DNA from: Kiritimatiellia bacterium
GTDB lineage: Bacteria; Verrucomicrobiota; Kiritimatiellia; RFP12; UBA3636
DNA: 57,328 bases
Reading direction: 5' to 3'
Assembly (NCBI GenBank): GCA_017648065.1
Contig: JAGCJJ010000092.1
Span: 1 to 57,328 of the forward strand
Every line of letters begins with the position of its first letter. Within the stretch, counting starts at the first letter, position 1. This document shows, one piece after another, positions 1-9,059 of the stretch. The position numbers and the translations under genes are program-made. The notes under the pieces were generated by a model. That model did not search any database. It was not told the DNA's origin and worked only from the letters and a program-made list of their open reading frames with translations.

Positions 1-1
1 A

Positions 2-748
2 ATGAACTATGGACGAGTCAATTTTACATGGCCAGAGGAAATCACATCTGAGCGTGGTTTTACAGAGCCATTACCACGTCTTTTTGAATACATCATTAAA
101 AATGTACCTGAGCTAAAGCGTATTCGTTTTACATCAAGCCACCCATCAGGTGTTACAGATGAGTTAGTTCGTGCATTAAAAGATTTCCCTCAACTATGCC
201 ATCATGTACATTTGCCAATGCAATCTGGTTCAGATAGAATTTTGAAGCACATGCGCCGTGGCTATGACACGGAAAAATATCTTGCTGCACTAAAGAAGCT
301 ACGTGAAGCAATTCCTGACATAGCAATCACAACAGATATCATTGTTGGATACCCAGAGGAAACAAAAGAAGACTTTGAGGCTACACGCCGCATTATGGAG
401 GAAGCAAACTTTGATAATTCCTTCATCTTCAAATATTCTCCTCGCCCTGGAACCCCTTCATCATTATTAGATGATGTTATCACTGATGAAGAGAAGCAGA
501 GACGAAATCAAGTACTATTAGCGGATCAAGATGCACGAGCAATGCGCATAAACAATCAGCTTATTGGAACAATAACTGAAGTTCTTGTTGAAGGACCAAG
601 CCTACGTAATAAAGAAAAGTGGTCTGGAAGAAATTCTCAAAATAAGATTGTCATATTTGAACCTAAAACAGAAATTTCAATAGGAGATTTTGTTTCTGTT
701 AAGATAACCTCTGTACAGCCACAAACACTTTATGGAGAAACAATCTAA
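2..748 (+). CDS. miaB: tRNA-2-methylthio-N6-dimethylallyladenosine synthase MiaB (5'-truncated by the window edge)
   Basis: Radical-SAM core end (RIRFTSSHP, HLPMQSGSDRILKHMRRGY, TTDIIVGYPEET, FKYSPRPGT) followed by a TRAM domain (EVLVEG...GR...GDFVSVKI). The real start lies upstream of the window. Confidence 0.9.
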   Translation: MNYGRVNFTWPEEITSERGFTEPLPRLFEYIIKNVPELKRIRFTSSHPSGVTDELVRALKDFPQLCHHVHLPMQSGSDRILKHMRRGYDTEKYLAALKKLREAIPDIAITTDIIVGYPEETKEDFEATRRIMEEANFDNSFIFKYSPRPGTPSSLLDDVITDEEKQRRNQVLLADQDARAMRINNQLIGTITEVLVEGPSLRNKEKWSGRNSQNKIVIFEPKTEISIGDFVSVKITSVQPQTLYGETI

Positions 749-775
749 ATTCAAATTTAGAATTTACAAATGACA

Positions 776-817
776 AAAAATAAAAGCGTGGAAAATCAAC
801 CCCACGCTTTTATTTTT
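776..817. terminator. Bidirectional intrinsic terminator between convergent miaB and pta
   Basis: 16-bp inverted repeat aaaaataaaagcgtgg (776-791) / ccacgcttttattttt (802-817), with A and T tracts on the flanks. Confidence 0.85.
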
Positions 818-842
818 ATCGTATTATATTCTTAGCTGACTA

Positions 843-1856
843 TTACAAGCCCTGAAGAATTGTGATAACTACTGTTCCGTAGATATCCTCTGCAGAGCAG
901 CCACGTGATAGGTCATTCACTGGCTTTGCAACACCCTGAAGAACTGGACCATAAGCAGTTGCACCACCTAGGCGCTCTGTAATTTTGTAACAAATATTAC
1001 CTGCCTGAAGGTCAGGGAAGATAAGAACATTTGCATTACCTGCAACTGAGCTGCCAGGTGCCTTTGACTGACCTACAGAAGGAACGATTGCAGCATCTGC
1101 CTGTAACTCACCATCAACATCTGCATCAATACCTAGCTCAGCAAAGCGAGCCTTTGTTAGCTCTGTTGCCTGCTGCATCTTTGATACTAGGTCATGCTTT
1201 GCACTGCCCTTTGATGAGAAGCTTAGGAATGCTAGCTTTGGCTTCTTGCCTAGAAGTGCCTTGTAGCTTGTTGCTGTTGCTAGAGCAATATCAACTAGCT
1301 CCTCAGCTGTTGGGCAAGGATTTACAGCGCAGTCTGCATAAAGAAGTGTTGTATCGCCAGCTGGTGTTGGCTCACGCAAATCCATGATAAAGCAAGAGCT
1401 TGCTAGCTTGATGCCTTTTGCTGTGCCAACGCAGTGGAATGCAGAGCGGAGCATATCTGGTGTTGAAGCAATTGAGCCAGCAACAAAACCATCAACCAAG
1501 CCCTGATTCATCATCATATTACCGAAGTATAGACGATTTGTGCGAACAAGCTTTGTAGCATCCTCTTCTGTCATGCCCTTAGCTTTTCTTCTCTCATATA
1601 GAGCAGCTGTTAGCTGATCACCTAGAGGAGCTGTTGTGTAGTCGATAACCTCAACATTTAGACCCTCTAGAGAAACACCTGCCTTCTCACTAGCTGCAGC
1701 CAACTCCTCAGGAGTAGCTAGAACTGTAAGTTTACAAATTTCATCCTTACCTAGTAGGTATGCTGCCTTAATAACGCGTGGGTCCATACCCTCAGGTAGA
1801 ACGATGTGGCGATTTGCTGCTTTTGCCTTTGGCTTTACTGTTTCTAGAAAATTCAT
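843..1856 (-). CDS. pta: Phosphate acetyltransferase (short form)
   Basis: IVLPEG.DPRV, ADCAVNP, SFSSKGSA, DGELQADAA, ANVLIFPDLQAGNICYK, GPVLQG, DLSRGCS motifs; lies directly downstream of ackA. Confidence 0.95.
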   Translation of the reverse strand: MNFLETVKPKAKAANRHIVLPEGMDPRVIKAAYLLGKDEICKLTVLATPEELAAASEKAGVSLEGLNVEVIDYTTAPLGDQLTAALYERRKAKGMTEEDATKLVRTNRLYFGNMMMNQGLVDGFVAGSIASTPDMLRSAFHCVGTAKGIKLASSCFIMDLREPTPAGDTTLLYADCAVNPCPTAEELVDIALATATSYKALLGKKPKLAFLSFSSKGSAKHDLVSKMQQATELTKARFAELGIDADVDGELQADAAIVPSVGQSKAPGSSVAGNANVLIFPDLQAGNICYKITERLGGATAYGPVLQGVAKPVNDLSRGCSAEDIYGTVVITILQGL

Positions 1857-1891
1857 TTTTTTACCTCAATCTAAAAATATTTACGTTAAGA

Positions 1892-3121
1892 TTAATAGAA
1901 GAACTTAGACATTACAGACTTTGTTTCCTTAGCAATCATAAGCTCTTCGTCTGTTGGGATAATTAGAGCTGTAACCTTTGAACCAGGCTTTGAGATTGTG
2001 CAAGGACCACGAAGTGTTGCGTTTAGCTCTGGATCGATTTCACAACCTAATGCAGCAAACTGCTCAATTAGTGTTGCACGTGCCTCCTTAGAGTTCTCGC
2101 CAATACCTCCTGTAAATACGATAGCATCAGCGCCACCTAGTAGAGCATAATAAGCGCCAACGTAGAATACTAAACGATGTGTCCACATGTCTAGAGCTAA
2201 TTGAGCAGACTCAACACCCTTTGCTGCGTTATTAATAATATCACGCATATCGTTTGAGTTTACTCCACCAACACCCAATAGACCACTCTTCTTGTTTAAC
2301 AAATTATCAACCTCATCTACAGACATACCCTCGCGGATAAGTGTAAACACAACAGCTGGATCAATATCACCAGAGCGAGTACCCATTACAACACCTGCTA
2401 ATGGAGTAAGACCCATTGTTGTATCAAGAACCTTACCATACTTTACAGCAGCGATTGAAGAACCATTACCAAGATGGCAAGTAATAATCTTTAAATCCTC
2501 TGGCTTCTTACCTAGATACTCAGCTGTAGCTAGAGTTACGAAATGATGTGATGTACCATGGAAGCCATACTTACGAATGCCGTACTTCTTATAGAATTCC
2601 TCTGAAATAGCATAGTGGCAAGCACTCTTAGGCATTGTCTGGTGGAAAGCTGTATCAAAAACAGCAATATTTGGTAGACCTGGGAAAAGCTCCTTACAAG
2701 CCTCAATACCGCCAATATTTGGTGGCATGTGCAATGGACCTAGTGGGACAAGCTTCTTTAGCTGAGCCATAACCTCTCTTGTAACGATTGTTGCCTTTGT
2801 AAAGACCTCGCCTCCGTGAAGAACGCGGTGACCCACTGCATCAACCTCCTCAAGGCTCTTTAGAACACCCATCTCTGGATCAATAAGTGCATCTGTTACA
2901 AGACGTAATGCAGCTGAATGATCTGGTGCTGCAACTAGCTGCTCCTGCTTTGCTCCATCACCCTTACGGTAAACCATATTTGCATTATCTGAGCCAATAC
3001 GCTCAACTAAACCAGAGGCAAGCTTAGTCTCTGTTTCAATATTATAAAGAGTAAACTTTAGTGATGATGAACCTGAGTTAATCACAAGAATGGTATCTAT
3101 TTTTTCCATAATTTTTTCCAT
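1892..3121 (-). CDS. ackA: Acetate kinase (alternative start at 3109)
   Basis: LVINSGSSSLKF, VGHRVLHGG, PLHMP, FDTAFHQT, YGFHGTSH, CHLGNGSS, MGTRSGDID, FTGGIGEN, IPTDEE. Confidence 0.97.
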   Translation of the reverse strand: MEKIMEKIDTILVINSGSSSLKFTLYNIETETKLASGLVERIGSDNANMVYRKGDGAKQEQLVAAPDHSAALRLVTDALIDPEMGVLKSLEEVDAVGHRVLHGGEVFTKATIVTREVMAQLKKLVPLGPLHMPPNIGGIEACKELFPGLPNIAVFDTAFHQTMPKSACHYAISEEFYKKYGIRKYGFHGTSHHFVTLATAEYLGKKPEDLKIITCHLGNGSSIAAVKYGKVLDTTMGLTPLAGVVMGTRSGDIDPAVVFTLIREGMSVDEVDNLLNKKSGLLGVGGVNSNDMRDIINNAAKGVESAQLALDMWTHRLVFYVGAYYALLGGADAIVFTGGIGENSKEARATLIEQFAALGCEIDPELNATLRGPCTISKPGSKVTALIIPTDEELMIAKETKSVMSKFFY

Positions 3122-3261
3122 AATTTATTAGTTATAGTTAAGCTATTACCTGCTTTGAGTAAAAGCCAAAAAGTGCCAGAAAGTATACTCTTTTCCTTAT
3201 GCAAAAGCAACATAAAACCTAAATTTGAAAATCACAAACCAAATCTTATTTTATTTTACAA

Positions 3262-3537
3262 TTAGTCTTTTTTTGAAGAATCATTTATATCTGCCCTTAG
3301 CAATTTAATATAACGCTCTAATTCTGTAATTTTTTCTCTCAATGCATTAATCCGAGATAAACTAATTGATACCATAAGCATTACCATAAATGGAACATAG
3401 AGCACCAAATCTTCCAAAATAAAATCTTCCAAACTGGTTGGAACACACAATGGATGAGAAAACATTATGCACAATGGCAACACAAATAATATTGTAGTGA
3501 ATGTCCAACTGATAAAAACAAGCATAATATCCTCCAT
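3262..3537 (-). CDS. Small hypothetical membrane protein (2 TM helices plus coiled tail)
   Basis: 91-aa ORF directly abutting the DUF523 stop codon; two hydrophobic segments and a heptad-like C-terminus (LREKITELERYIKLL). Confidence 0.55.
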   Translation of the reverse strand: MEDIMLVFISWTFTTILFVLPLCIMFSHPLCVPTSLEDFILEDLVLYVPFMVMLMVSISLSRINALREKITELERYIKLLRADINDSSKKD

Positions 3538-3990
3538 CTAAATATTATCTTCTGTAAGAATTTTATCTACACCATATTTTGCAATTACCATCTGAGCCCA
3601 AATACCTGGAGCAAACCCAATTTCTTTTCCTTCATAATCATGAAGCTTTGAACATACCCCACAGCTAGGTGAACGTGCCTTGAGTAAGAAAAATGATATT
3701 TCCTCACCATCCAATTTTGCTAGCATCTGTTCGCAAACAATACGGAGCTTTTCTGTGACATCAACACGGTTTTTTGTGCCCATTACGCGAATCCCCGCCT
3801 CTCCCATATCAACTAACTCAATGGTCTCTCGAGGGATTCCTAAGCCTGCTTCAACCTCTGGACAGAAATGTATAACCTCGTATTGCTCATGTAAAGCATC
3901 AACACCTCCGACCAAATTCTTGTCAGTGCCATCATAACGCGTCTTATAACCAAGCAAACAAGAGCTTACAACTATCTTACTTTTCTTCAT
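3538..3990 (-). CDS. DUF523 / 2-thiouracil desulfurase (TudS) family Fe-S protein
   Basis: SSCLLG..RYDG, CPEVEAGLGIPRE and LKARSPSCG signature motifs. Confidence 0.88.
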   Translation of the reverse strand: MKKSKIVVSSCLLGYKTRYDGTDKNLVGGVDALHEQYEVIHFCPEVEAGLGIPRETIELVDMGEAGIRVMGTKNRVDVTEKLRIVCEQMLAKLDGEEISFFLLKARSPSCGVCSKLHDYEGKEIGFAPGIWAQMVIAKYGVDKILTEDNI

Positions 3991-5602
3991 TTTTTAGCTC
4001 GTAGATTTTCAGCTCAGTAAAGCACTGACCAAAGCTTGGAACTGTTTTAACTAAAGTGTACTTTCGATTCAACACTTCATTAAATTTATCTAGAAGCTCA
4101 GGAGGGGTTTGTGTTGTTGATGGGCAAAAGATTGCAAAACCATAGCCACTGACTGCAGCAACTTCATATTTGCCTGACTCAAGCATTTCCAACATTGTTG
4201 TGAATGTATGAACCTTTCTTGCACGTGCCTCATCATCTGTCATCCAACAGCTATATTCAAACATAGAGAATGGACCTAGCTCCAAACCAGGAGCAACCTT
4301 TCTTTGTGCCTCAACAGCAAGATATGCATCTTGCGTAAATAACACGGCATCCTCAGGTAATTTTTCACGAAGTTCAGCACCTATGCGTTTAAGCTTTAGA
4401 ACCTGTGGTTCATCCTGCATAACAAACCAAAATCTATCCTGACGCTCAAGCACCCAGTTCATACACATAGGAGAACCAACTGCAAAAAACCCTACAGACA
4501 CCAACACAATCAAAACCAAACCTTTATACCATGCCACATTACGAATTGCCAACGCAAAAATTGCTGCAACTATTACTGCAAACAAAGGCATACCTGGAGT
4601 CTGATAATCATCATAAGGGAATGGTGCTGTGCCATGAACAAAAAGAGTTGCGAGAAAGGCAAAGGCAATAATAACAACAAAAAGGTGCTCTATCGCTGTT
4701 GATTTAACCCACCCTGCCACACGAGTAAGCATACCTTTGTTTTGATTTGATTGATGCTGTCTTTTAGTTGTAAACCAAACAACAAGTGCGGATGCTAAAA
4801 ATAATGCAACCATAGGGAAATACGCTTGCAAAAGACGCGATGCAAAACCACCCATTAACACAAGTCTATAGAGCAAATCAGGTGTTTCTCTATGCATATG
4901 ATATGTTTGACAAAATACAAAATTATCGAATGAAGACAAAAGCACAGGAACAAAAATTATTGCAAGCATTACTACGCCAGCAATACCAAATCGGAGCCAT
5001 GCAAAGCGCAACTCTTTCCTTCTGCAGAAGATTAAAAGGCAAAATCCAACTGCTGCCAGAATTACACCTAAAGAAAGTCTTACTCCAGCTGCTAATGCAA
5101 AAAATGCTGCAGCAATCTCAAAGCTAAAGCATTTCCGGCTGACTAAAGAAAACATACCAGCAGAAACAAATAATCCAGCTAAAGCATAGGTCTTTGGAAT
5201 TGCTGTAAAATATGAATATACAGGACAAAGGCCAAGCAATGACATCGCAACTATTGCAGCACTTCCCTTGCGACCATTTGGAGCAAGACAATACACTGCC
5301 ACAGAAGCAAAGAAAATACCAAGCATACCAAGAATTGCGGTAAAGACTCTGCCACCAAGCACACCATTTGAAGCCCACAATCCACTAAAAACGCTATAGA
5401 AATATGGCATTACTGGGGCTTGTGTATATGCAAAATCCTTATATGGTTGCATACCTTGCGCTGTATTAATTCCTGCAAGCAAATACCAGCCTTCATCTTG
5501 GTTTAGCGGGCCAAGCACTACATTTATACAATATAGTGAAAGAATGCCTAGCATAACAATGCCAGCAAGCCAATACAAAAATATCGAGCGCTTCTTTTCC
5601 AT
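3977..5602 (-). CDS. GT-C fold (ArnT/PMT-like) polytopic membrane glycosyltransferase
   Basis: DE motif in the first external loop (NQDEGWY...PYKDF...P), about 11 hydrophobic segments and a soluble C-terminal domain. Confidence 0.65.
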   Translation of the reverse strand: MEKKRSIFLYWLAGIVMLGILSLYCINVVLGPLNQDEGWYLLAGINTAQGMQPYKDFAYTQAPVMPYFYSVFSGLWASNGVLGGRVFTAILGMLGIFFASVAVYCLAPNGRKGSAAIVAMSLLGLCPVYSYFTAIPKTYALAGLFVSAGMFSLVSRKCFSFEIAAAFFALAAGVRLSLGVILAAVGFCLLIFCRRKELRFAWLRFGIAGVVMLAIIFVPVLLSSFDNFVFCQTYHMHRETPDLLYRLVLMGGFASRLLQAYFPMVALFLASALVVWFTTKRQHQSNQNKGMLTRVAGWVKSTAIEHLFVVIIAFAFLATLFVHGTAPFPYDDYQTPGMPLFAVIVAAIFALAIRNVAWYKGLVLIVLVSVGFFAVGSPMCMNWVLERQDRFWFVMQDEPQVLKLKRIGAELREKLPEDAVLFTQDAYLAVEAQRKVAPGLELGPFSMFEYSCWMTDDEARARKVHTFTTMLEMLESGKYEVAAVSGYGFAIFCPSTTQTPPELLDKFNEVLNRKYTLVKTVPSFGQCFTELKIYELKNEEK

Positions 5603-5607
5603 AAACT

Positions 5608-7680
5608 CTATTTTACAAACTCAGCAAAAGGCTTCAATGCTTTAATACCATTTGCATGACGGATAAAATTACCACGGTTTTTAGCTCGCATTGCAAGAAT
5701 TGCCTTTGTAATCTGCAATTCCTTAGAGCTATCTGGCTCCGTACGTAAAATATTATACATCTCTTCAGCAGAAGCTTTAGCTAGTGGAATTGTTATATTA
5801 CGAGTCTCTGTTGAACCAACCTTACGTGCAATGCAAATAAGCTCTCCATTAGCATATCCTTGAGCTTTTACTTCAAAGGTCTTCCCTGCTATTGTAACTT
5901 TCTTAAATGCTATTTGAGTTTGACGAATCAATGCAAAACCAACAGCTTCCACCTCTAGGACAGCAGCATTCAATGTCATTAATATTCCGCGACATTCTGC
6001 ACGATTAACTCCTGGTTTAGAAGCATATTCATCAAATATTTTTTTAACCTCTGCACGAGCCTCTGTGAGTGGCTTTGTTGAAAGCACTTCATATACCTTA
6101 CGAAGCATTTCATCACGAGGAGAAACTTCCTCTACTGTTATTGATGTAGTTTCTGTTTTTTGTGTTTGAGTCACTACTTCTGATGTTGAAGAAACAGAAC
6201 TAGCAACTGTATCACCACTACTTGCTACATTTTCAACAAACTCATCCTCTTCAAAGTCACTAAGTTCAGAAAGATTCATATCCTCTACCGTTGATGCTGC
6301 TACTTCATCAGCTGCAGAATTATCATTAGCAATTTTAGAAGACTTAGATAGAGGAACAACAGGAGCCTCCTCATCCATTACTGGCTGTGAGATTTCAACT
6401 GAACCTGCAGGTCCAAGCTTTTGCACTATTGTATAAATACCACCAACGAAAAGCAGAACACAAACCAATCTTGTTAAAAGCACCACAACTCCAGAAGGAC
6501 GCATATTCACATAGCTCTTATAATTACTTTTGCGAGCTGCCACTGGTTGCTTTGGAATAGAAGTACTTGTTTTTGTCTTTTTTACATCCTGCTTAGCAAA
6601 TTGATTCTTTTGTTCTTCTACTTGTACTGGATTCTGATTTTCAGAAGGTTGAACATTACGGACTGTCTCTGCATAAGCCCCAGATGCTATCGGAGCATTA
6701 TTTACAGGCACTCCAGGAATAATTGGTGTAATAATTGGTGACTGATTTTGTGGTGTAAGTGGTGCCATTGTCAAAGGAGCCACACCTACAGAAAGCAAAT
6801 CAATTGTGCTTCGAACAGCTCCATTAGGTGGCTCCTTACGTAAAGGACGACCTGCAAGAGTATGCTCAATATCCTCTACCACATCTAACCACCAAGCATA
6901 ACGATCATTAGGACTCTTAGCCATTAATCGAGCAAGAATATATACTACATCATCAGAAAGTGTAGGATTCTTGAGCTTTGGATTTGGCAAATGACCAGAA
7001 CGCTGCAGTTCCAAAATTTTCATTGGATCTCGCTCTTCATCAAAAGGAGATGTTCCTGTAAGCATCTGGTACAAAGTTGCACCTAATCCATACATATCTG
7101 CATGAAAATCTATAGTTGGAAGGCAATCTATCTGCTCTGGAGAAGCATAATTCGGAGTGCCAACAACCATACCATCATCAAAAGCAAGTGGGTTTACTCC
7201 AGGTTGAACAATTGTTGCACTATTGAAATTGAATATTTTTATATTACCATCTGCCGAAATACGAATATTTTCAGGCTTTAAATTTCTATGAACAAAACCA
7301 ACCTGTTTCCATGCTGCATCAAGTGCCAAAGCAACTTCCTTAGCTATTTCTAATGCTTTCCCAGCATTATATGGACCATTCTCTTTGATAACTCGGGCAA
7401 CAGATACACTGTAAGCATTTTCAAAAACAATATATGGCAGACCATCTTGTGTAGTTGAAATATCAATCACAGGAGGGAAATTATTATGTTTCAATCGAGA
7501 AATTGCTCGCGTAATTGTAGAAAAATGATTTACGAGATTAGCATCTGCTGCCGAACGATCCTTCATGACCCAAATACTTACATTTCTATCTAAAGAAATT
7601 TGGCGAGCTGTCCAAATCGTAGTATCTGTTGTTCCGCCTGCTTGCTCTAATATCTCATAGCCTTCAATTTTGATTGACAT
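5608..7680 (-). CDS. Hanks-type Ser/Thr kinase-fold membrane protein, apparently a catalytically dead pseudokinase
   Basis: Kinase subdomains are recognisable (HRNLKPENI, GTPNYASPEQ, ADMYGLGATLYQMLTG..PF, LMAKSPNDRY), followed by a Pro-rich linker, a TM helix at about aa 397-419 and a C-terminal external domain. Confidence 0.85.
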   Translation of the reverse strand: MSIKIEGYEILEQAGGTTDTTIWTARQISLDRNVSIWVMKDRSAADANLVNHFSTITRAISRLKHNNFPPVIDISTTQDGLPYIVFENAYSVSVARVIKENGPYNAGKALEIAKEVALALDAAWKQVGFVHRNLKPENIRISADGNIKIFNFNSATIVQPGVNPLAFDDGMVVGTPNYASPEQIDCLPTIDFHADMYGLGATLYQMLTGTSPFDEERDPMKILELQRSGHLPNPKLKNPTLSDDVVYILARLMAKSPNDRYAWWLDVVEDIEHTLAGRPLRKEPPNGAVRSTIDLLSVGVAPLTMAPLTPQNQSPIITPIIPGVPVNNAPIASGAYAETVRNVQPSENQNPVQVEEQKNQFAKQDVKKTKTSTSIPKQPVAARKSNYKSYVNMRPSGVVVLLTRLVCVLLFVGGIYTIVQKLGPAGSVEISQPVMDEEAPVVPLSKSSKIANDNSAADEVAASTVEDMNLSELSDFEEDEFVENVASSGDTVASSVSSTSEVVTQTQKTETTSITVEEVSPRDEMLRKVYEVLSTKPLTEARAEVKKIFDEYASKPGVNRAECRGILMTLNAAVLEVEAVGFALIRQTQIAFKKVTIAGKTFEVKAQGYANGELICIARKVGSTETRNITIPLAKASAEEMYNILRTEPDSSKELQITKAILAMRAKNRGNFIRHANGIKALKPFAEFVK

Positions 7681-7746
7681 AATCTGCTACCTTTGATGTT
7701 TTCTAAATTATTTTTATAGCGCTTATTGGTATAAACGCATATTCAA

Positions 7747-8787
7747 CTAATCCTCTACGGTATAGAACTGATAGATTGTTGTTGACTGGTATACCTCTCC
7801 AGGATTTAGTCGAATTGATGGGAAGCCTGGCTGATTAGGAGAATCTGGAGCATGCTGTGTTTCCAAGCAGAAACCCATACGCTTACCATATCCACGACCA
7901 CCCTTACCAATTACCTTCTTTTGGCTTAAGAAATTACCTGTATAGAACTGAACACATGGCTCTGTTGTCCAAGTTTCCATTTGGCGACCACTCTCTTCAT
8001 CCTCTACAACAGCACATAGTGATAGATTTGCACCTGCAGGCTTACTAATCACAAAATTATGGTCATAACCACCAGCTACTTGAATTGCAGGATGCTTTGC
8101 TCTTACGCGCTCACCAATTTTATGTGGTGTAAGGAAATCCAAAGGAGTACCTTGTACAGGAAGAACTTTTCCATTAGGAATTAATCCAGGTCCAACATCT
8201 GTATAGCGATCGCAGAATAGCTGAACATAGTGATTATCTACATTTTTCTTTGCGCCATTTAAGTTAAAGTATGCATGATGAGTCAAATTTACTAATGTTG
8301 GAGCATCTGTCATTGCCCAATACTGAATTCGCCATGCATTTGTATCTTTTAGAGTGTAAACCACGCGAACAAACAAATTGCCTGGGAATCCACCTTCTCC
8401 TGCTGGGCTCAAACGAGTAAATTCAATTGCTGGGCCTTCTGGAGTATCAAATTGACGAGCATCCCAAATTACTGAATCATAGCCTCCATCGCCACCATGC
8501 AAGCAGCACTTGTTAGGACGCTTTCCTGAATTAAGTGCTAGCTTGTATTCCTTACCATCTAGAGAAAATTTACCTTCAGCAATACGATTTCCTACGCGAC
8601 CGATTAATGCTGAGATATATCCATCCTTAAGGTGATCCTCAGGCTTATCAAATTCAAGTACTACATTTTCAAATTTTCCATTTTTATCTGGCGCAGTAAG
8701 AGACATTACAATGCCTCCAAGGTTGGAAACCTTCATTGTCATGCCATTTTTGTTTGTCAAAGTAAAAATTTGTGGTTTTGCTGTCAT
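7747..8787 (-). CDS. galM: Aldose 1-epimerase (galactose mutarotase)
   Basis: IGRVGNRIA, LHGG, GFPGNL, NLTHHAYFNL, GYDHNF, QFYTGNFL, GFCLETQH.PDSPN. Confidence 0.95.
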   Translation of the reverse strand: MTAKPQIFTLTNKNGMTMKVSNLGGIVMSLTAPDKNGKFENVVLEFDKPEDHLKDGYISALIGRVGNRIAEGKFSLDGKEYKLALNSGKRPNKCCLHGGDGGYDSVIWDARQFDTPEGPAIEFTRLSPAGEGGFPGNLFVRVVYTLKDTNAWRIQYWAMTDAPTLVNLTHHAYFNLNGAKKNVDNHYVQLFCDRYTDVGPGLIPNGKVLPVQGTPLDFLTPHKIGERVRAKHPAIQVAGGYDHNFVISKPAGANLSLCAVVEDEESGRQMETWTTEPCVQFYTGNFLSQKKVIGKGGRGYGKRMGFCLETQHAPDSPNQPGFPSIRLNPGEVYQSTTIYQFYTVED

Positions 8788-8906
8788 AAAATTCTCCTAA
8801 AAAAAGAAAGCTTTTTCCTTACCTATTTATATTAGCAAAAACCAATCGTCTAAAACAATGAAAAACTGAAAATTTATCACTGGTTATTTACAAAAAACAG
8901 CAATTA

Positions 8907-9016
8907 TTCAGCCTTATTAAAAGACACTGATACGGCCTAGCCCTACTCGTAAGTGAGGTTGGGTCGAAAACAACAATAAAATGAATTAAATTAGAGTCTA
9001 AGTGTCTAATGTTGAA
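8907..9016 (+). other. Unassigned structured intergenic element (candidate small RNA)
   Basis: Nested pairing ttcagc/gttgaa, agacact/agtgtct, and cggcctagcc (8933-8942)/ggttgggtcg (8957-8966). Three G-U pairs in the inner stem work only on the + strand. No family recognised. Confidence 0.3.
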
Positions 9017-9059
9017 AACAAATTATTTAATTTTACCGCATACTATTACAAAGCTATGC

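Noticed and set aside
8927-8969. Hammerhead ribozyme-like CTGAT...stem...GAAA
   Set aside because: The core reads CUGAUAC rather than CUGANGA, and no stem III with an NUH cleavage triplet follows GAAA. Kept only as an unassigned structure.
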